Positions 9,060 to 16,879 of a DNA stretch of 64,000 bases are shown in pieces. This DNA is from an uncultured Actinomycetes bacterium (lineage in GTDB: Bacteria; Actinomycetota; Thermoleophilia; Gaiellales; JAICJC01): contig CAWEYE010000006.1 in NCBI GenBank assembly GCA_963813245.1, forward strand, positions 42,815-106,814, given 5' to 3'. The translations under genes and the position numbers were made by a program. The number at the start of each line of letters is the position of its first letter. Within the stretch, counting starts at the first letter, position 1. The notes under the pieces were generated by a model. It had not been told where the DNA came from and did no database searches. It saw only the letters and a program-made list of their open reading frames with translations.

Positions 9060-9983
9060 TCACCCAACCGGATGGAGCAGCACCTGAGCGAGCGCGCGCA
9101 ACTCGGCCATCGCCCGGTCGAGGTCGCGGATGACCGGCTGGATGCAGACGTGGTCTGCCCCGGCCTCGTGGTGGGCGCGGACGTGCGCGGCGATGGCGTC
9201 GGCGTCGCCCCATGCGATCAACGCGTCGACCAGCCGGTCGCTGCCGCCGCCGGCGAAGTCGGCGTCGCCGAAGCCGTCCTCGCGCCAGCTGTTCGTGTAG
9301 TTCGGGAGCTTCAGGTAGTTCGTCAGGTGCTCGCGGGCGACGGCCCGCGCGCGGGCCGGGTCGGTCTCGAGGACGATGCCCTGCTCGGGCGCGAGCACAG
9401 GCCCGGCGCCGAGCACCGCCCGGGCGCGGGCGGTGTGGGCGGGCGTCACCAGGTAGGGATGAGCGCCGTGGGTGCGGTCGCGGGCGAGCGCGAGCATCCG
9501 CCGGCGCAGGGCGGCGAGCACGACGGGCACCGGCCGCGGCGGCGCGGGCGCCCTGTAGTCGCTTTGCTCGAGCGCGTCCAGGTAGTCGCGCATCGCCTGC
9601 ACCGGGCGGCCGTAGTCGTGCCCGCGCTGCTGCACGCTCGGCGCGTGGCTCACGCCCAGGCCGAGCACGAACCGGCCGGAGTACGCCTCGGCGAGCGCGT
9701 TTGCGGCCGCGTTCGTCGCGGCCGGATCGCGGGCGTAGATGCTGGCGATGCCGGTCGCGATCACCATCCCGCTCGTGGCCGCGAGCAGGATGCCGGCGTG
9801 CACGAAGGCCTCCTTGTTCACCGGCGTCTCGCCGATCCAGAGCGCGGGATACCCGAGCGCCTCGATCTCGGCGGCCGCGGCCCGCTCCTCGGCCCCCGAG
9901 CGCATGCCGAGCAGGGTCAGCCATGCACCCACCGGGCCGAGCTGCTGCCGCAGCCGGTCGCGTTCGCGGGCATCGATCGTCAT
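9060..9983 (-). CDS. LLM-class (luciferase-like) oxidoreductase, probably F420-dependent
   Basis: ORF 9060..9983, 307 aa, ATG start. Luciferase-like TIM-barrel pattern (GYPALWIGE, RFVLGLGVSH, ...AGADHVCIQPV). Confidence 0.85.
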   Translation of the reverse strand: MTIDARERDRLRQQLGPVGAWLTLLGMRSGAEERAAAAEIEALGYPALWIGETPVNKEAFVHAGILLAATSGMVIATGIASIYARDPAATNAAANALAEAYSGRFVLGLGVSHAPSVQQRGHDYGRPVQAMRDYLDALEQSDYRAPAPPRPVPVVLAALRRRMLALARDRTHGAHPYLVTPAHTARARAVLGAGPVLAPEQGIVLETDPARARAVAREHLTNYLKLPNYTNSWREDGFGDADFAGGGSDRLVDALIAWGDADAIAAHVRAHHEAGADHVCIQPVIRDLDRAMAELRALAQVLLHPVG

Positions 9984-10003
9984 CGCGGGCGAAGCCTAGA
10001 CGC

Positions 10004-10534
10004 CTAGATCCGCACGCGGCCGTTGCCGTTGGTGAGCAGCTCCGCCCGGGCGGCCTCGCCGAAGTGCGACCGCCATGCCGAGAGCTCGCGCTCCTCGGCC
10101 TCGAGCGCGTCCCACTCGTCGTCGACGTCCTCGCCCCGCTGCATGGCGTCGTAGACGCCGTAGAGGTGGCGCAGGCACGCCTCCAGCCCCTCGTTCACGC
10201 GCACGGCGGCGGAGGTCGTCTCGGAGCTCGAGCCGAACGCCGAGTGGATCTGCGGTAGCCGCGCCGACATCTCGTCCTGGCGCTGCATCATGCGCGAGAA
10301 GAGGTCGTCGCGGTCCTTGCGCAGCCCCTCCCACTTGGCCGCCGTGAGCAGGCTCTGCGCCGCGGCGGCGGCACCGGCGAACGTGTTCGCCTCGGCCGCC
10401 ATCTGGTCGTGGGCGCGCTCCTCGAGGTCGAGCTCGCGCTCACGGTGGCGGGCCCACATGAGGATGCCCGCACCGCACGCGCTCCCCGTCAGGCCGCCGA
10501 CCACGGCGACCGCGAATGTCTCAACCATGCTCAT
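10004..10534 (-). CDS. Hypothetical membrane-anchored protein
   Basis: ORF 10004..10534. One N-terminal hydrophobic helix is followed by a charged helical region. Codon bias looks coding. No family recognised. Confidence 0.55.
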   Translation of the reverse strand: MSMVETFAVAVVGGLTGSACGAGILMWARHRERELDLEERAHDQMAAEANTFAGAAAAAQSLLTAAKWEGLRKDRDDLFSRMMQRQDEMSARLPQIHSAFGSSSETTSAAVRVNEGLEACLRHLYGVYDAMQRGEDVDDEWDALEAEERELSAWRSHFGEAARAELLTNGNGRVRI

Positions 10535-10618
10535 GAAGACCCAAACCCCGTGATCTCCGGCCGCTTTTGCCCCGGCCGGCTCCCATCAGATCCGATACCA
10601 TCTTATCGAAACTCCCAC

Positions 10619-10969
10619 GGGGGCGACCTGGTTTCGACACGGTTGGCTTTCGGGGAGAGTTGCAAGCCGAGGTTCCAGGTGGCCTCGTAAATCCCCTGGA
10701 AACCGCAAGTGCGGAATCTGATCTCGCACTCGCTGCCTAACTAGGTAGCGCGCCGGCCCCTCCAGCCCGCGGGAGGGATCGCCGGTGTCATCAAGCGGGC
10801 TTGCCGGAAGGGGGAACGCCTCCGCCGCCGACCGGGACTTCAAAGAGGGGCTAGTCCGACCGGTGGCCCGTCCGGGGGCAGCTGATCAGGCGAATGTCAA
10901 TCCCGGAATACGCTTGTAGACGCTCTCTTCGTACGATCGTGGACGGGGGTTCGATTCCCCCCGCCTCCA
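10619..10969 (+). ncRNA. ssrA: tmRNA (transfer-messenger RNA)
   Basis: The 5' GGGGGCGACCTGGTTTCGACA and 3' GGACGGGGGTTCGATTCCCCCCGCCTCCA ends form a 7-bp tRNA-Ala-like acceptor stem (including the G3:U pair) and a T-arm. The internal tag frame is GCA AGT GCG GAA TCT GAT CTC GCA CTC GCT GCC TAA (10705-10740). The terminal CCA is not encoded. The ORFs listed over this region are spurious. Confidence 0.93.
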
Positions 10970-11003
10970 CTCCAGCATTCAGGCTGTACCTGCCATGCTC
11001 GCA

Positions 11004-11038
11004 GGCCGCCCGGGCTCGTCTGAGGCACCCGGGCGGCC
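11004..11038 (+). terminator. Stem-loop downstream of ssrA (11-bp GC stem, 13-nt loop)
   Basis: GGCCGCCCGGG (11004-11014) pairs perfectly with CCCGGGCGGCC (11028-11038). It lies 35 nt after the tmRNA 3' end. There is no U-tract. Confidence 0.45.
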
Positions 11039-11125
11039 CGCAGGTCACCCCAATGGGACGACGGGCCGCCACGCGGGTGGCGATACGGTCGTCTCAAGTA
11101 TTGGCGGACTTACCGGGGGTCAGAG

Positions 11126-11521
11126 ATGAGACGGAGTGCGTGGAGCGGGTGGGTCGGGTTTGCCGGGTGGTTGATGCTGATCATCGGCTCGGTCGATGCG
11201 TTCGAGGGTCTGATCGCAATCATCAGAGGCCAGTACTACGTCATGGCGCCGCAGTCGATCGTCGTGTTCAACGTGAAGACGTGGGGCTGGATCGCCCTGC
11301 TATGGGGGATCCTCATGGCGCTCGTCGGCTTCGGTCTGCTGTCCGCGTCGGGCTGGGCGCGCTGGACGGCGATCGTCATCGGCAGCCTGAGCTTCATCCT
11401 GCAGCTGGGGTTCCTCGGCAGCACGCCGTACCCACTGTGGGGGCTCACGGTGATGGGGCTGACGCTCGTTGTGCTCTACGCGTTGATCGTGCGGTGGGAT
11501 GAGGCCACCGAAACCGGATAG
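11126..11521 (+). CDS. Integral membrane protein (4 predicted helices), family not recognised with certainty
   Basis: ORF 11126..11521, ATG start. It contains Trp/Gly-rich hydrophobic segments (WSGWVGFAGWLMLIIG, WGWIALLWGILMALVGFGLL, WARWTAIVIGSLSFIL, LWGLTVMGLTLVVLYALIV). Confidence 0.65.
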   Translation: MRRSAWSGWVGFAGWLMLIIGSVDAFEGLIAIIRGQYYVMAPQSIVVFNVKTWGWIALLWGILMALVGFGLLSASGWARWTAIVIGSLSFILQLGFLGSTPYPLWGLTVMGLTLVVLYALIVRWDEATETG

Positions 11522-11578
11522 CACGGGGCATCTTGGGTGCTGAGGATTGCACCGGGTGTTCTCGGTAAGGAGGACGCT

Positions 11579-12025
11579 GTGACTGGGAAGGCCGATTACT
11601 CCGAGGCCGAGTGGACGCAGGTGCTGGAAGGGCCGCCCAGTGCTGGGATGCTGGTGATGGCCGCCCAGCGCGGAGGGACGCTGCGGGAGAGCTTCGCGAT
11701 GGCAAAGGCGTATACCGAGGCCCGCAAGCAGCATGGCCAGAGTGAGCTGATCGACGCGATCGTCTCCGCCAAGCCCAAGATGGATCACACGCGCTACCAC
11801 TCGGCCGAGGAGCTGCGCACGGCCTGCCTCGGCCATCTCGGTCAGGCGATCGCGGTGCTGCAAGGCAAGGCGGGCGCCGAAGAGGTGGACGAGTACAAGC
11901 GGTTCGTGCTGGCTGTGGCCGAGAGGGTCGCGGCCGCCCACCGCGAGGACGGCCAGGACGTCAGCCCCGCCGAGCGCACCGCCATCGACCAGATCACCCA
12001 GGCGCTCGACCAACCCACCGCCTGA
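11579..12025 (+). CDS. Hypothetical protein
   Basis: The in-frame GTG 11579 is preceded by AAGGAGG (11567-11573). ORF 11537..12025 is the longest version. Codon bias looks coding. No family recognised. Confidence 0.55.
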   Translation: MTGKADYSEAEWTQVLEGPPSAGMLVMAAQRGGTLRESFAMAKAYTEARKQHGQSELIDAIVSAKPKMDHTRYHSAEELRTACLGHLGQAIAVLQGKAGAEEVDEYKRFVLAVAERVAAAHREDGQDVSPAERTAIDQITQALDQPTA

Positions 12026-12029
12026 GCCG

Positions 12030-12349
12030 TCAGGCGCTGAGCTCGTGCCGCGAGGCGAAGCCGTCCAGGCTGCGCAGCAACTCGTCCAGGCCGCCACCGG
12101 GGAGTCCGATGACGAGCCGTGATACCCCCTCCGACGTACAGGCTGATGTGCTCGGGGGCGTAGAACGACTCGAAGCCGAGGGATTCGGCGTGCTGTGCGA
12201 CCGTGGCCAGCTGAGCGAGGGATTCGACGCCGTCATGGTCGAGATCGAGCGAGCCCCAGCGGCTGAGCTCGACCTGGCCGGGATCGCTGCCGGCGCCGCA
12301 CCGGGTCGACGCCCTGCACCGCGGTGTTGTACATCACGCCGAACTTCAT
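12030..12349 (-). pseudogene. Collapsed remnant of an LLM-class (luciferase-like) oxidoreductase gene
   Basis: ATG 12349 gives MKFGVMYNTAVQGVDP. A second frame gives ...DHDGVESLAQLATVAQHAESLGFESFYAPEHISLY, a typical LLM N-terminus. A third frame (tail of ORF 12030..12803) gives VIGLPGGGLDELLRSLDGFASRHELSA* (C-terminus-like). Only about 105 codons remain, in three frames. Confidence 0.5.
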
Positions 12350-13435
12350 CTACCTGGCCTCGGTGAGGGGGACGTCGGCGGTGAGCTCGCGCAGGCCGGA
12401 GCCGTCGATGTTCACGATCCACAGATGCGGGTCGAGAGTCACCGGGCCGCTGGCGTAGATGAGCGACCTGCTGTTCATCGACCACTGGGCGCAGCAGGAG
12501 CCGTTGTGGCCGGTCGCCGTGGGGATCCTGTGCAGTCCGGTGCCGTCGGGATGGACCAGATAGAGGTCGTGGGCGCCACCGGGCCTGTCGGCCTGGTCGA
12601 AGACGATCCAGCGGCCGTCCGGTGACCAGCGCGCGGTGGTCGTCCAGGCCGCCGGGGGCGTGATCCGGCGCACGTGCGAGCCGTCGGCGTCGGCGACGTA
12701 CACGGCGCTCCTCTCGGCCCGCCCGGCCGCACCGGGCGCGAAGCCCGCAAACGCGATCCGCCCATCCCGGCTCCAGCCGCCGGGGGAGCCGAGGGTGCAG
12801 CACCAGCTGGTCACGCCGCGCGGTTCAAGGCGGGTGCGGCCGGTGCCGTTTGCCTGCACGACGGAGAGGCTGCCGGTGCCGGGATCCCGGTTTGCCTGAT
12901 AGAAGAGCAGGCGGGCCGCGTCAGGCGAATAGCCGAGCGGCTGTTGCAGGCGGCCGCCGGGTGTGGTGGTGATGCGGCCGAGCGCGCCCCCCGCGGCGGC
13001 CTGGGAGTAGATCCCGTCCAGGGCCGGCCGGGAGGGGCTCCAGGCCCAGACCGCGATCCGCTCTCCGCTCGGAGTGCCGACGCCCAGCCCGAGGCGTAGC
13101 CGTTCGGTGGTCACCCGGATCCGTGTGTCGCCGTGGTGCCCGGCGGGCCGGATGCCGACAGCCACCGCCTGCGGCCCCGGCTCAGGGGCGACGACGAGCA
13201 ATCCGGGCGCGACGTGTCCACCGTCGATGTGCCGGCCGAACACGATCGCGCCGCCCAGTCGCACCGGGGCGGGGAAGGCCGGAGCGGCGGGCGCGCCGGT
13301 CGCCGGCCGCGTGGACGCGGCGTGCGTGGCGGGTGAACGGGCCGCGGAGTGACCGGTCAGCGAGTCGATCGCCGCCGCAGCGACGACGCCACCGACGACT
13401 GCGACCACCGCGATCGTGCTCAGGTTCGGCCTCAT
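12350..13435 (-). CDS. Membrane-anchored TolB-like / PD40 beta-propeller repeat protein
   Basis: ATG 13435 (MRPNLSTIAVVAVVGGVVAAAAI, TM anchor) lies inside ORF 12350..13486. It carries repeated PD40-type motifs (YSPDAARLLFY, WSRDGRIAFA, WSPDGRWIVFDQ, LYLVHPDGTGLHRI, WSMNSRSLIY, LWIVNIDGSGLREL). Confidence 0.75.
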   Translation of the reverse strand: MRPNLSTIAVVAVVGGVVAAAAIDSLTGHSAARSPATHAASTRPATGAPAAPAFPAPVRLGGAIVFGRHIDGGHVAPGLLVVAPEPGPQAVAVGIRPAGHHGDTRIRVTTERLRLGLGVGTPSGERIAVWAWSPSRPALDGIYSQAAAGGALGRITTTPGGRLQQPLGYSPDAARLLFYQANRDPGTGSLSVVQANGTGRTRLEPRGVTSWCCTLGSPGGWSRDGRIAFAGFAPGAAGRAERSAVYVADADGSHVRRITPPAAWTTTARWSPDGRWIVFDQADRPGGAHDLYLVHPDGTGLHRIPTATGHNGSCCAQWSMNSRSLIYASGPVTLDPHLWIVNIDGSGLRELTADVPLTEAR

Positions 13436-13599
13436 CGACCGAAAACCTAGTACGAAGCACGGCAGCGGCTTCGAATCCGCGGACACGTGCGGCGCGCGAC
13501 TCGCAGTTGGGGGTTTTCGCCCATAGACACCGCCGCCGGCGCGGGCGTAGCGTCGTCACACCACCCAACGGCCGTCGGACGCCGGTGGTGGTCGAGACC

Positions 13600-13646
13600 G
13601 AAGGCCCGCCGGCAAGACCGAGGGTTTCCACCGCCGGCGGGCCTTC
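13600..13646 (-). terminator. Perfect 14-bp stem-loop after the choice-of-anchor-D-like gene
   Basis: GAAGGCCCGCCGGC (13600-13613) pairs perfectly with GCCGGCGGGCCTTC (13633-13646), with a 19-nt loop. It lies 18 nt downstream of the stop at 13664. There is no U-tract. Confidence 0.5.
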
Positions 13647-13663
13647 TCGGTCGTTATTGACGC

Positions 13664-15595
13664 CTACCTGGTCGTGAAGGTCGTCGTCGCGATCGGCGTC
13701 CCCCGCGGGTGGGCGGTGGTGAAGATGAAGATCGTGAGCTTGTAGGTGCGCCCGCGCCGGAGGCGGCCCTCGCGGACCTGCAGGTGCGGCGCGCGCGTCT
13801 CCTGCTTGATGAGCGTGTCCCCGCCCTGTTGCAGGAGCACGCCGTAGGCCTTCGCCCGCGGGACGGGCAGCCAGCGCAGGTCGGGCGACCGGCCGGCGCC
13901 GCGGCTGCCCTGCTCGGGGCGGCACACCTCGCCCGTACGCGCCTGCACCGCCACGCCGCGGGAGTAGTTCACGCCGCTGGGCCGGGTGAGCGAGTGGTAC
14001 GTGGCAAAGACGCGGAAGTGGAACGTCGTGAAATGGCGCAGATCGATGCTCGTGGCCACCCTGGCCGAGTGCGTGACGACGGTGCCGTCGGCCGGGCTCG
14101 CAGGGGTGTGGGCGTGGTTTCGGACGACGACGATGCCGGCGAACCGGGTCGCGGTCGGCGGCGTGAAGCGCACATGCGCCGTCGTGCAGCCGGCCGACGC
14201 GAACACGCGCTTGGGGTCGTTCGGCGCGGCCGCGCTGCCCGACAGGGAGAGGCTGTGGCGGTGGGGAGTGTGCAGCCCGGAGTCGGTGACCGCGAGCAGG
14301 GCCGTTCGCAGTCCCGCCGCCGGCGGCGTGAACGCGACCGCGACGGTGCAGCTGGCTCCCGCGGCGAGCGTCACGCCGGTGCAGGTGTCGGCGCTCTCGG
14401 TGAAGCTGAGCGGGTTCGCGCCTGCGATCGCCGTCGCCGTGACCGGCAGCGGGTCGCTGCTCGTGTTCGTGATCGTCACCGTCCGCGGCACCGACGCGAG
14501 GCCGGCCGTGGTCACCGCCGGGAAGCGCACGGGGGAGGGCGAGATGCCCATCGCCGACGGGGTGCCGGTGCCGGCGACCGCGATCGATTGCGTCCCCGGC
14601 GTCGCGTCGTCGCGGACGGTGATCGTCGCCTTGCGCGCGCCGACGGCCGTCGGCGTGAACGTGACGGTGATCGGGCAGCCGCCGCCCGGCGGCAGCGACA
14701 CCGCGGCGGTGCAGGCCGAGTCGCCGACGCCGAAGTCCGAGGCGTTTGGGCCGGTGACGCTCACGCCGCCGTAGGCGAGGGCGTCGGTGCCGGTGCTTTG
14801 GAGCGTGAGCGTCTGCGAGGCGGAGGCCGTGTTCACCGGCTGGCTGCCGAAGGTCAGCTGCGCCGGGACGAGGGCGGCGTCCGGCGCGATGCCGGTGCCC
14901 GCGAGCGTGACCAGGTCGGCTCCGCCCGCGCGGATGGTCGCGGTCTTGGCACCCGTCGATCCGGGCAGGAAGGTCACCTCGGCGAGGCAGTCGGTGTTCC
15001 CGGCGATGGTGCCGCCGCAGCCGGAGACGGAGAAATCGCCCGCTCCGGCGACGCTCGCAGCCGCCGTGAACGGGTAGCCGGTCACGTTCGTGATCGACAC
15101 GGGCGTCTGCCCCGACGCAGTCCCGACCCGCTGGGAGGCGAAGTCGACCGTCGCCGGCGTCGCGGTGAACGCCTCGGCGACGCCGGCTCCGGTGAGGACG
15201 ACGTGCTGCTCCTGGACGCCGTCGGCCGCGTCGTCGTCCTTGACGGTCAGCGTGCCCGGGTCGGAGCCGGTGCCGGACGGCTGGAAGCCGACGGTGACCG
15301 TGCACGAGGCGCCGATGCCGAGCAGGGTGCCGGTGCACGCATCGCCGCCTGCGGGCGTCGTGTAGTCGCCGCCGGCGGCGACGGAGGTGATGGTGAGGGG
15401 GACGCTGCCGGCGCTGTTGGTGAGCGTGACCGTCTGCACCGGCGTGGTCGCGCCGACCAGCTCGGTGCCGAACGCGACCGGGTCGGGGGCCGCCGTCAGC
15501 GGGCCGGTGTCGATCGCCTGCGCGCCCGGCCCGGTGGAGGCGGCCAGGATCGCGAGCGCCGCCACCTCGATGAGGACGATGAACACGCGGCGCAT
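13664..15595 (-). CDS. Secreted repeat protein with choice-of-anchor-D-like (HYDIN/ASH-type Ig) domains and C-terminal FN3-like modules
   Basis: ATG 15595 (MRRVFIVLIEVAALAILAASTGPGAQA, signal peptide) lies inside ORF 13664..16738, with GGAGGAG 6 nt upstream. A C-x-G...G-x-SC-x-V-x-V-x-F-x-P...G motif recurs four times (DACTGTLLGIGASCTVTVGFQP, SGCGGTIAGNTDCLAEVTFLP, SACTAAVSLPPGGGCPITVTFTP, DTCTGVTLAAGASCTVAVAFTP). Confidence 0.75.
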   Translation of the reverse strand: MRRVFIVLIEVAALAILAASTGPGAQAIDTGPLTAAPDPVAFGTELVGATTPVQTVTLTNSAGSVPLTITSVAAGGDYTTPAGGDACTGTLLGIGASCTVTVGFQPSGTGSDPGTLTVKDDDAADGVQEQHVVLTGAGVAEAFTATPATVDFASQRVGTASGQTPVSITNVTGYPFTAAASVAGAGDFSVSGCGGTIAGNTDCLAEVTFLPGSTGAKTATIRAGGADLVTLAGTGIAPDAALVPAQLTFGSQPVNTASASQTLTLQSTGTDALAYGGVSVTGPNASDFGVGDSACTAAVSLPPGGGCPITVTFTPTAVGARKATITVRDDATPGTQSIAVAGTGTPSAMGISPSPVRFPAVTTAGLASVPRTVTITNTSSDPLPVTATAIAGANPLSFTESADTCTGVTLAAGASCTVAVAFTPPAAGLRTALLAVTDSGLHTPHRHSLSLSGSAAAPNDPKRVFASAGCTTAHVRFTPPTATRFAGIVVVRNHAHTPASPADGTVVTHSARVATSIDLRHFTTFHFRVFATYHSLTRPSGVNYSRGVAVQARTGEVCRPEQGSRGAGRSPDLRWLPVPRAKAYGVLLQQGGDTLIKQETRAPHLQVREGRLRRGRTYKLTIFIFTTAHPRGTPIATTTFTTR

Positions 15596-15609
15596 GGGAC
15601 TCCTCCGGG

Positions 15610-16686
15610 TCAGGGGTTGAGCAGGAAGACGGCGACGGCGACCAGCGCAACCGCCACGAGTGCGGGGATCACCAGGGCCGCGGGCGAGTAGCCGGCCGGC
15701 GCGGCCCGTACGCCGCCCGTCCGCGCCGGCGCGTATGCCGAGGCCGGGCGGCGCCGCACCAGAAGCGCGGCGGCGCTCGCCAAGAGCAGCATGACCAGGG
15801 CGGCGCCCGCCACCACCCGCACCAGCGCCGACGCCAGCCAGCCGCCGCCGGAGCGGCCGGGTCGAGTGGCCGTCCCGCTCCCCGCGGCCACGGCGGCCGG
15901 GATCGCGATCGTTACACTCGCGGCGACCGAGATGTTCCGGGCCGCGTCGGTTGCATAGACGCGGTAGCAGGCCGTCGTCCCCGGCCTTCCGGCGACGTCG
16001 ACCTGGCGCCCGCGGGGCGAGTTCCCGCCGACAGCCACGCCGGACCGGGGACCGGTCGGGCAGGCGCCGCCCACGCCGCGGCGGACGAGCACGGCTCTGA
16101 CGCCCGCGCGCGCCGGGGTCACCCACGCGAGGGCGACGTGGTGCCCCGCGGTGAGCCTGGCCGTCAGGTGCGCCACGGGCGGCGGCGGGGTGACGTCGCC
16201 GGGGTTGCTGACGTCGCGGGCGTCGGCGGCGGCCGAGTAGTTTCCGGACTGGTCGTACGCGAAGACGGCATAGCAGTACGTGCGCGTGTCGACCTCGCTC
16301 GTGTCGGTCTGCTTGGCCCGCGGCGCCGTCCCGCCGACCGGCACGCCACCCGCGGCGCTGGCCGGGCAGGCGCCGCCGCGGCCGCGGCGAACGACGATGC
16401 CGGCCATGTCGGCCGCGCGCGGGAGGGCCCACCGAAGCGTGGTCGCGCCCGGCACGTTTGTGACGGCATGCAGGTGTTTCGGCCGGCCGGGCGGACGGGT
16501 GTCGGGGGGCGGGGGAGTCGCGGTCGGCGGCGGAGCCGTGGACGTCGTCTGCACGAACGACGGCGGCGGAGGCGGCGCCGTGCAGACCGTGCAGGAGCCG
16601 AATGTCGTGCCGGCGGTCGCGGCCTGCCCACCGAAGGCCGTCAGCGACACGGCGCCCGCGAAGCCCGCAATCGCGAGCGCCGCCAT
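15610..16686 (-). CDS. Signal-peptide protein with Pro-rich linker, two FN3-like modules and C-terminal membrane anchors
   Basis: ORF 15610..16686 (ATG). Two internal repeats: TTLRWALPRAADMAGIVVRRGRGGACP...YCYAVFAYDQSGNYS and VALAWVTPARAGVRAVLVRRGVGGACP...ACYRVYATDAARNIS. Two hydrophobic C-terminal segments. Only 14 nt separate it from the next gene. Confidence 0.65.
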   Translation of the reverse strand: MAALAIAGFAGAVSLTAFGGQAATAGTTFGSCTVCTAPPPPPSFVQTTSTAPPPTATPPPPDTRPPGRPKHLHAVTNVPGATTLRWALPRAADMAGIVVRRGRGGACPASAAGGVPVGGTAPRAKQTDTSEVDTRTYCYAVFAYDQSGNYSAAADARDVSNPGDVTPPPPVAHLTARLTAGHHVALAWVTPARAGVRAVLVRRGVGGACPTGPRSGVAVGGNSPRGRQVDVAGRPGTTACYRVYATDAARNISVAASVTIAIPAAVAAGSGTATRPGRSGGGWLASALVRVVAGAALVMLLLASAAALLVRRRPASAYAPARTGGVRAAPAGYSPAALVIPALVAVALVAVAVFLLNP

Positions 16687-16838
16687 CGCGGCGGTCGCGC
16701 CCAGCGAGCGAACCGCCCCACGGCGATGGGAAGCCCACCTACCTCGTGCTTCGGGGATCTCAAGCCTCCCGGCGGGACTGGAAGGACGATCCAGTCTAAA
16801 CCACTGGCCGGGTCGGCGAGCGGCGAATTTTCGGGAGG

Positions 16839-16872
16839 CGCTGCTGACGCCGGCGGGCCGGCGCCAGCAGCG
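16839..16872 (-). terminator. Imperfect stem-loop after the chemoreceptor gene
   Basis: CGCTGCTGaCGCCGG / CCGGCGcCAGCAGCG forms 8+6 bp with one mismatch and a 4-nt loop. It lies 8 nt downstream of the stop at 16880. Confidence 0.4.
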
Positions 16873-16879
16873 TGGTCAG

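Noticed and set aside
10586-11502. ORFs 10586..10843(-), 10851..11072(-), 10897..11097(-) and 10894..11502(+)
   Set aside because: They overlap the tmRNA gene and its terminator. The last also runs out of frame through the membrane-protein gene at 11126.
10970-12030. Possible genomic islet integrated at the tmRNA 3' end (two unknown genes followed by a gene remnant)
   Set aside because: There is no integrase or recombinase. The best repeats of the tmRNA 3' end are only short partial matches (cccaccgcct at 12014-12023; gattcgcctccac at 27438-27450). The lower G+C of gene 11126-11521 is explained by its hydrophobic amino-acid content, and its third-position G/C remains high.
13182-15691. 822-aa (minus) and 660-aa (plus) ORFs overlapping the choice-of-anchor-D-like gene
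   Set aside because: Both translate to Arg/Gly/Pro-rich nonsense. The frame starting at ATG 15595 has a signal peptide, a Shine-Dalgarno and repeated Ig-like motifs.
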